Part shown: positions 58,134-64,000 of the stretch, piece after piece
How the letters are laid out: the number at the start of each line of letters is the position of its first letter
Position numbering within the stretch: the first letter of the stretch is position 1
From: Flavobacteriaceae bacterium
GTDB lineage: Bacteria > Bacteroidota > Bacteroidia > Flavobacteriales > Flavobacteriaceae
Reading direction: 5' to 3'
Length of the DNA stretch: 64,000 bases
NCBI GenBank assembly: GCA_013043685.1
Contig: JABDNT010000081.1
Location: 42,800-106,799, forward strand
The notes under the pieces: model-generated
The model's input: the letters and a program-made list of their open reading frames with translations, nothing else
What the model was told of the DNA's origin: nothing
Databases searched by the model: none
Translations under genes and position numbers: made by a program

Positions 58134-58179
58134 GCCTCACTGCTTCGACTTCACTCAGCACAGGCTTTTAAGGTAAAGC
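58134..58179 (-). repeat. Structured 3' repeat/terminator element, copy B
   Basis: GCCTCACTGCTTCGACTTCACTCAGCACAGGCTTTTAAGGTAAAGC. Lies 53 nt after the stop of 58232..58609. Confidence 0.6.
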
Positions 58180-58231
58180 GTATCATTGGTTAGTTTTACC
58201 AGGCTAAGAGCCAAGCTTCGAAATATTTTGT

Positions 58232-58609
58232 TTAATCAGATCCCAGAAACTTCAACGAATTAAAATTTTCATCGCAGAGATCAACATCCACCGGAGCTCC
58301 TTTTAAAACATTCTGAGAAATTCCCTGACCGTAGCGCTTCCATATGTTTTCTAGCTTAACTTGTCCATCGGGCATAACGAACTGGACCATATACCTGTCG
58401 TTGGATTTACTCAATTTTACTACCTCTTTAGTATCTCCAATACCAAATCCTATACCAGAAAAATAGTCACCCACATCTTCTGCTTCATAGGTTGTGATAT
58501 CGCTGGTATAATATAAATCCAGACTTCCAAACGTGAGTTTTTTATCCCCACCGCTCGAACAGGATATAAAGAGTATGATCAAAAAGCTAATGAAATATGT
58601 TCTTCTCAT
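58232..58609 (-). CDS. Hypothetical small lipoprotein
   Basis: Lipobox FISCSS. 125 aa. Confidence 0.55.
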   Translation of the reverse strand: MRRTYFISFLIILFISCSSGGDKKLTFGSLDLYYTSDITTYEAEDVGDYFSGIGFGIGDTKEVVKLSKSNDRYMVQFVMPDGQVKLENIWKRYGQGISQNVLKGAPVDVDLCDENFNSLKFLGSD

Positions 58610-58801
58610 AATTATATTATTTTAAAATCCATATTGAATAAAAACAGTATTCTGTCTGCTGAAAGATAATAAATTATTGTAACAAATTGAAAATGAAACA
58701 TAAAGGTGTTAATCGACAGAAAAGTGTAGAATAAGAGTAGTGATCGGATTTTGCTTGTTAATGAATCACAAAGCATCACATCAGAGGATAAAACAAAAAA
58801 A

Positions 58802-58876
58802 GCCCGTCTTTCGTTAAAGCTTCAGCGGCACGCGGACGGAGGACAAAGCGTCCCTATGGATAGGCCTTTTACGGGC
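58802..58876 (-). terminator. Composite terminator: GCCCGT...ACGGGC outer stem enclosing about 60 nt of GC-rich insert, with a T-run on the minus strand
   Basis: Outer arms are complementary, and A7 on the plus-strand 5' side gives a U-run on the minus strand. Lies 46 nt after the stop of 58922..60277. Confidence 0.5.
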
Positions 58877-58921
58877 ATGTTTTATTCCATTTATTATAGA
58901 TGCCTTGTTTATAAGCACATC

Positions 58922-60277
58922 CTATTGGATCAACACTCGATGATAACTTGCAGCCTTTCTATCGAATAGTTTTACTATGTAAATACCAGAAGGAAGATGA
59001 GACACGTTAATTTCTTCATCCGCCTTACCTTTTGCAACCATCGATCCTTGCATTGAGTATATCTCGAAATCCAAAGAGTCATCATTTCCTGTGATGTAAA
59101 TCAGATCATTTGCCGGATTAGGGTACAAGGTAACTCCTTGCTGGTGCTCCATTTGTTCTGTACCCAACACGCCTGAGAGATCATATATGCGTGTTAGCTC
59201 GAAGCCTCCGGCGGCGAACCTGGTTGCGTTGCCGTTAAAGGCAACAGAGGCGGCATCACTCAATTGCGCCTTTTGAACCCATCCGTTGTTTTCAAACTCG
59301 TAAATAAAAGCATCATTCGCTCCCCCTTTTGTAGCAGCTAAAGCATTTCCCGAGTTGGTCAGGCTGACCAGTCCAAACCAACTAATACCACTAGGTCCAA
59401 AAATATCCTGTCCTACCACCTGCCATTGCTGACCATTGTAGTCAAAAACTCTTACGAGTCCGGAATTCTCGCCGGCAATATCACTCCCCGGAGCGCCCAC
59501 AGCAATCCGGTATCCACTTCCACTTATGGAAACATACTCGCCAAAGCGGTCGACCATTGCGTCTCCACTGATCTCCTGGCCTAAGGGGTTCCAAGTATTT
59601 CCATCAAACTCGAACATCCTGATTGAGCCCTCCTCGAAGTTGGGAGAACCGATAGCAATTCGATCCCCTGTGTCATTCAGGTCTAATGAAAAACCAAACG
59701 CGGAACCTCCCTCCTGACCATTGAGTTCCTGTCCTTTTAATACCCAATCGCTTCCATCAAAATCAAATACACGAACCCTTCCTGTACCATTATTGGTTCC
59801 AGATTCTCCAACGGCGATAACGGTACCCGAATTGGAAATGGATACGTTACGTCCACAATCAGAAGGATTGGCCCCCAGGATGGTACTGCCAACCTGTACC
59901 CAGTTGGCGCCATCATAATCGTAGACTACAACCCTACCCTGGTTGGTATTGTGATTGGGAGACCCAACAATGAGCCTGTCTCCAGGCGCATCGAGGTCAG
60001 CAGAGAAGCCCGTAAAATCTACTGCAGTCTCCCCAATTATATCTTGTCCTGTCTGTGTCCATTCCGAACCATTGTAAGAATACACTCTTAACCTTCCCCG
60101 AACACCATCATATAAGGGAGTTCCAATTGCAACCCTTGTACCATCTTCATTCATGGAAAGCCCGAGAATGTCACCGTCACCTGGACTGAGAATATCGCTG
60201 CCCACCTGAACTTGCGTAAAGGCCAAAATGGGAACCAAACCCAGAACAACCAGCATTAGTATTGTTTGTTTTTTCAT
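58922..60277 (-). CDS. FG-GAP-like beta-propeller repeat protein with a T9SS C-terminal sorting domain
   Basis: Seven or so roughly 50-aa repeats (G..V.VY.Y.G..W.Q.G..I.G). C-terminus LYPNPANDLIYI...GIYIVKL. Confidence 0.75.
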   Translation of the reverse strand: MKKQTILMLVVLGLVPILAFTQVQVGSDILSPGDGDILGLSMNEDGTRVAIGTPLYDGVRGRLRVYSYNGSEWTQTGQDIIGETAVDFTGFSADLDAPGDRLIVGSPNHNTNQGRVVVYDYDGANWVQVGSTILGANPSDCGRNVSISNSGTVIAVGESGTNNGTGRVRVFDFDGSDWVLKGQELNGQEGGSAFGFSLDLNDTGDRIAIGSPNFEEGSIRMFEFDGNTWNPLGQEISGDAMVDRFGEYVSISGSGYRIAVGAPGSDIAGENSGLVRVFDYNGQQWQVVGQDIFGPSGISWFGLVSLTNSGNALAATKGGANDAFIYEFENNGWVQKAQLSDAASVAFNGNATRFAAGGFELTRIYDLSGVLGTEQMEHQQGVTLYPNPANDLIYITGNDDSLDFEIYSMQGSMVAKGKADEEINVSHLPSGIYIVKLFDRKAASYHRVLIQ

Positions 60278-60360
60278 AATTCACTTTTTAAATGCAAATT
60301 AATTAAGAAAAACTAACGGAATATCAAATGATCAAAGTCATTTACAGAGAAAAATTTAAA

Positions 60361-60560
60361 CAAAAAAAGCCTCCACCTTCACTAAAGTTTCGGTGGACAA
60401 GTCATCCAAATCAGTACCACAAGTCACCTTTAAGTGACTCAACACAACATTTTGTAATGCCCGCGCGCCGGCTGGCCCTTCGTTAAAAACATCCACTGGA
60501 TGTTTTCTTAACACTCAGTCCCCGTCTTGACGAGACTCGAACTCGCTAATAGTTAGTTGA
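60361..60560 (-). ncRNA. Candidate structured non-coding RNA or decayed locus with a tRNA-like T-arm and an intrinsic terminator
   Basis: On the minus strand: GCGAG-TTCGAGT-CTCGT + CAAGACG (60523-60546), a 13-14 bp hairpin (60482-60512), a GC-rich block (60459-60478), hairpin AGTCAC/GTGACT (60422-60439), and terminator TCCACC-N14-GGTGGA + T7 (60362-60400). No ORF is listed here in the supplied track (shortest listed ORFs are 60 aa); my own reading finds only a 43-codon and a 54-codon frame. Confidence 0.3.
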
Positions 60561-60787
60561 TAGTCAGGCTATTGTTCCCAGTTAATAACCGTCACAATGA
60601 TCAATATCATTGCTTAGTTTTTTAGTATACAGTAATTTAATTGCTTGTAAGTCTGTACTTCTCTCCTCCTCAGACAGCTGTGCTATCTCCTCCATAAAAT
60701 TCAAAGAGTTCATTCTCAGAAATGATGCATTGAACGCTCTGATATTTATGTGGGTATAGCTTGAATCTAATCTATAAACAATGAGTT

Positions 60788-62146
60788 ATGAAAACAAAAA
60801 TACTTTTCTTAATTGTTGGTTTGATCTGCTTAACCACCAATTCCCAGATTCAATTTGATGAACATATAATCGGTCCTATCGTGTTACCCAGGGTAGTCAA
60901 AGCAGCCGACATTGATGGCGATTCTGATTTGGATGTGATAGCTGGAACCAGTGGTAATTGGTCAATAGTGTGGTATGAAAACATGGATGGCCAAGGTAAT
61001 TATGGTCCAAAAAATGGGATTAATACAACAATCGGTGCTGATTCACATTCCCTTCATATTGCAGATTTGGATGGAGATAATGACATGGATATTTTAGTTG
61101 CGAATAATATAAATCACATATTATTTTGGTTTGAAAATACGGATGGATTAGGCAATTTTGGTCCTGAACAATATATCTCCACAGAAGCAGCTTCTCCTAG
61201 TTCAGTATATGCCTCTGATTTAGATAATGATGGAGACATGGATGTACTTTCTGCTTCAACTTCTGACAACAAAATTGCATGGTACGAAAATGACGGGCTT
61301 GGAAGTTTTGGACCACAACAAATTATTACCACAAATGCATTAGGAGCAAATTCGGTTTATACAGCCGATATGGATGGAGACGGGGACATGGATGTACTTT
61401 CTGCTTCAACTTCTGACAACAAAATTGCATGGTATGAAAATGACGGGATAGGAAGTTTTGGGCCACAACAAATCATATCATTGGAGGCCGAGCAGCCAGG
61501 ATCAGTCTATGCGTGTGATATTGACAGAGATGGAGATGTGGATGTGCTTTCTGCTTCATGGGCTGACAATAAAATTGCATGGTATGAAAATGGCGGTCTG
61601 GGAAGTTTTGGACCACAACAAATAATTTCAACAAATGCTGAAGGGGCAGGTTCAGTTTATGCTGATGACTTAGATGATGATGGTGACATGGATGTACTTT
61701 CTGTTTCATATTCTGACAAAAAAATTGCATGGTACGAAAATGACGGTCTGGGAAGTTTTGGACCACAACAAATAATTTCAATAGATGACGAAGTGCCAAC
61801 TTCCGTTTATGCAGATGATTTAGATGGCGATGGTGACATGGATGTGCTTTCTGCTTGGCCAGAAGCCTATAAAATAGCATGGTTTGAAAATTTGGGCCCT
61901 TTAGGTATTGAAGATCATAATTCTACAAGGTTTAATATATATCCCATCCCAACGAAAGGCATACTAAATTTTGAATCGAACACCACAATTATTCAAATTG
62001 ATATTTACAACCAACTAGGGCAACTGGTCTTTTCAGCTAACGACACGAATACAATTGATATTTCAAGTCTGGACCAGGGGTTATACTACTGTAAAGTCCT
62101 GGATGAAAACGGAACTACTGGATCTAAAAAGATATTGAAGCAATGA
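60788..62146 (+). CDS. FG-GAP/VCBS repeat (Ca-binding DxDxDGxxD) beta-propeller protein with a T9SS C-terminal sorting domain
   Basis: Repeats D.D.DGDMDVLSAS..DNKIAWYEN.G.G.FGPQQII. C-terminus IYPIPTKGILNF...GLYYCKVLDENG. Confidence 0.85.
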   Translation: MKTKILFLIVGLICLTTNSQIQFDEHIIGPIVLPRVVKAADIDGDSDLDVIAGTSGNWSIVWYENMDGQGNYGPKNGINTTIGADSHSLHIADLDGDNDMDILVANNINHILFWFENTDGLGNFGPEQYISTEAASPSSVYASDLDNDGDMDVLSASTSDNKIAWYENDGLGSFGPQQIITTNALGANSVYTADMDGDGDMDVLSASTSDNKIAWYENDGIGSFGPQQIISLEAEQPGSVYACDIDRDGDVDVLSASWADNKIAWYENGGLGSFGPQQIISTNAEGAGSVYADDLDDDGDMDVLSVSYSDKKIAWYENDGLGSFGPQQIISIDDEVPTSVYADDLDGDGDMDVLSAWPEAYKIAWFENLGPLGIEDHNSTRFNIYPIPTKGILNFESNTTIIQIDIYNQLGQLVFSANDTNTIDISSLDQGLYYCKVLDENGTTGSKKILKQ

Positions 62147-62163
62147 AATTAAAGAATTGAGTT

Positions 62164-62730
62164 ATGAAAACAAAGTTCACTTTGTTACTAGCAGCAATAT
62201 TAGTGATGCTTAATATTACTTGTAGTAAAGATGACGTTCCTGAAGATAATATTGATTTAACTGGATCTATGTCAGCTATTGTAAATGGAGAATTAATAGA
62301 ATTCCAAATTGCAGAAAGAAATAAGTGGTCTCTTTACTTGCCCGGAAATGCTGGTAAAGGCTGTTATTTAAATTTCACCGAGATATATGGAAAAATCTAT
62401 GGGGAACATATAATAGTCCTGTTATTTAAAGATACGCTCAGAGTAGGAACATATGATTTACCCGATAGTGCTTATAGTGATTTAACCAATAACAAATCGT
62501 ATTCTCAAAAGAATTATTGTGATGGATATCCTGATGGAGAAGTTATTGATTGCGGAGGGTCTTTAACAATTACTTCAAGGGATACCTATAGAATTAAAGG
62601 GACCTTTTGGTTTAATGCTAGAACCAATAAATGGTCATGTGAACAAACAGACGAATACGTCGAAGTCAGACAAGGAAAGTTCGACATCTATAGAGGAGGT
62701 AATGCTGCGTATCCATTATGCAGACCGTAA
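62164..62730 (+). CDS. Hypothetical lipoprotein
   Basis: Lipobox NITCSK. Flanked by roughly 160-bp direct repeats. Confidence 0.55.
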   Translation: MKTKFTLLLAAILVMLNITCSKDDVPEDNIDLTGSMSAIVNGELIEFQIAERNKWSLYLPGNAGKGCYLNFTEIYGKIYGEHIIVLLFKDTLRVGTYDLPDSAYSDLTNNKSYSQKNYCDGYPDGEVIDCGGSLTITSRDTYRIKGTFWFNARTNKWSCEQTDEYVEVRQGKFDIYRGGNAAYPLCRP

Positions 62731-62754
62731 ATTTGACTCAATTAAGAAAATAGC

Positions 62755-62899
62755 TATTTACAACCAACTAGGACAACTGGTCTTTTCAGCTACCGACACG
62801 AATACAATTGATATTTCAAGTTTAGACCAGGGGTTATACTACTGTAAGATCCAGGATGAAAACGGAACTATTGGATCTAAAAAGATATTAAAGAATTGA
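62755..62899 (+). pseudogene. Orphan T9SS sorting-domain fragment (copy of the 3' end of 60788..62146)
   Basis: IYNQLGQLVFSATDTNTIDISSLDQGLYYCKIQDENGTIGSKKILKN nearly matches the C-terminus of the upstream FG-GAP protein. It lacks the first CTD strand and any passenger, and is out of frame with 62164..62730. Confidence 0.6.
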
Positions 62900-62902
62900 T
62901 TC

Positions 62903-63460
62903 ATGAAAACAAAAAACATTAAATGGTTCGCTTACATTTTAACTTCTTTGATGCTGTTACAAAGCTGTAACACTTATAAAAAAGTTTCGGTAAGCAGCGA
63001 TGAAACTATCACCTCGAATACCAATTCCGCTCAACAGACTGAGGAACGATCCGATGTATTTGTTCGTGTATTTGATATGCAGGGAAAGAAGATCGAGAAA
63101 GGTAAGATCATTACAATTTCTGACACATCCCTTGAACTATTTAGAAAAAGAGAATCCACGACGATTGACGTCAGATCCATTGGCTTCATTAAAACAAAAC
63201 GATCGATTGGACACAATTTTCTTGTTGGAGCCGTTGCAGGTACTTTATTGGGTATTGCCACTGTTACCATAGACGAAGATTATTCCTGGTCCGACGACGG
63301 CCGGTGGGTTTTTTTAGTTCCAACGGTTATTGGGGCCATAGAAGGAGGGCTATGGAGCTTTTTTAAAAATAGTAAAACCATTATAATCAAAGGCGATCTC
63401 GCAAAGTGGCAAACTCTGAAGACAAATTGGGAATCATCTCAGGAATTTATAATCAAATAA
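62903..63460 (+). CDS. Hypothetical lipoprotein with a glycine-zipper-like segment
   Basis: Lipobox LLQSC. FLVGAVAGTLLGIATV segment. Architecture resembles 55919..56440. Confidence 0.55.
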   Translation: MKTKNIKWFAYILTSLMLLQSCNTYKKVSVSSDETITSNTNSAQQTEERSDVFVRVFDMQGKKIEKGKIITISDTSLELFRKRESTTIDVRSIGFIKTKRSIGHNFLVGAVAGTLLGIATVTIDEDYSWSDDGRWVFLVPTVIGAIEGGLWSFFKNSKTIIIKGDLAKWQTLKTNWESSQEFIIK

Positions 63461-63499
63461 AAGATCGACTTCTACTACAATCAATCACAAAGAAAAAGA

Positions 63500-63545
63500 G
63501 CCTCACTGCTTCGACTTCGCTCAGCACGGGCATTTAAGGTAAAGC
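63500..63545 (-). repeat. Structured 3' repeat/terminator element, copy C
   Basis: GCCTCACTGCTTCGACTTCGCTCAGCACGGGCATTTAAGGTAAAGC. Downstream of the partial minus-strand gene at the window end. Confidence 0.6.
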
Positions 63546-63729
63546 TTCTAGAATGTATTCATTGTTCACTACGTCTATTAATGGCATCCGGAATCTCTTT
63601 AATGTACATTTAAAGGAGATGATCGATACCTCACCGGGTTGTGAGTTGTTGTTAAAAACAAATGAGTCCGGCTAGCCGGACTCATCTGATCTTATCAGAA
63701 TTCTGATATATATGTAAAGAAGCCTTTAA

Positions 63730-64000
63730 TTAACGCTTAACCACTTTTAGGTTCTGGCTACCAGAATCGGTGGCAACTCTTGCGATATAGTTTCCAGTTG
63801 GAAGCTGAGAAACGTCCAGAGTCACATTGCTTGTATCCTGAGTCTGCTGCAGAACTACTTGTCCTAAGAGGTTATAGATAGTGATATTAGTGATGGTTTC
63901 GTTGGCACTAATATTTAGCTGATCAGTAGTTGGATTCGGGAAAACCGATATGTTAACGGCATTCACGTCATCCACACCTAGGGTAAATTGAGTTACTACA
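63730..64000 (-). CDS. T9SS C-terminal sorting domain protein; 5' part lies outside the window
   Basis: VFPNPTTDQLNISANETITNITIYNLLGQVV...GNYIARV. The reading frame stays open to the window edge. Confidence 0.7.
   Translation of the reverse strand, partial: VVTQFTLGVDDVNAVNISVFPNPTTDQLNISANETITNITIYNLLGQVVLQQTQDTSNVTLDVSQLPTGNYIARVATDSGSQNLKVVKR

Noticed and set aside
58751-58969. 72-aa plus-strand ORF
   Set aside because: It simply reads through the composite terminator and the 3' end of the convergent T9SS gene. It has no ribosome-binding or promoter context.
60356-60520. 54-codon GTG-initiated minus-strand frame (VLRKHPVDVFNEGPAGARALQNVVLSHLKVTCGTDLDDLSTETLVKVEAFFV)
   Set aside because: The frame runs straight through three hairpins and the terminator stem and U-run. 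A non-coding structured RNA is more likely than a protein.
61473-61880. 135-aa minus-strand ORF rich in H/K/L
   Set aside because: It is the antisense reading of the tandem FG-GAP repeat units. Its internal repetition mirrors the sense-strand repeats.
1-64000. Search for CRISPR arrays, rRNA, intact tRNA, transposases, integrases, restriction-modification or other recognisable defence genes
   Set aside because: None was recognised by eye on either strand. The only tRNA-like signal is the isolated T-arm at 60523-60546, reported as a finding.

Overview
AT-rich Bacteroidota (Flavobacteriia-like) chromosomal segment. The phylum call rests on TAnnTTTG-type -7 boxes, T9SS C-terminal sorting domains, CarboxypepD_reg-type TonB-dependent receptors and many SpII lipoproteins. 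No rRNA, intact tRNA, CRISPR array, transposase or integrase gene was recognised. Layout: (i) 0.9-9.2 kb holds a clade II (Sec-type) nitrous-oxide reductase cluster: Rrf2 regulator, then divergently cytochrome c, fasciclin, nosZ, membrane protein, nosL, cupin, nosD, nosF, nosY. (ii) 9.3-20.8 kb is housekeeping (hemW, ruvC, lspA, GT2, nitroreductase) plus a blaI gene with a decayed blaR1. (iii) 20.9-26.0 kb is a TetR + ABC/HlyD/TolC exporter. (iv) 27.9-41.6 kb has two TonB-dependent receptors, a T9SS metalloprotease and a tightly coupled 5-gene operon (31.6-36.5 kb). That operon looks like a complete decaprenyl-phospho-arabinose-type lipid-linked pentofuranose pathway plus a GT-C transferase. 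(v) 45.3-64 kb is an accessory-looking stretch of mostly monocistronic small lipoproteins or secreted proteins and FG-GAP/T9SS cargo. Most interesting signals: the DPA-like operon; a 14-bp Crp/Fnr-like dyad at identical spacing in the nos and YceI-porin promoters; a structured repeat/terminator family behind minus-strand genes, with compensatory base changes; a structured non-coding locus with a tRNA-like T-arm; and a cassette-like direct-repeat architecture around an orphan T9SS sorting-domain fragment. All functional calls come from motif recognition by eye; no searches were run.
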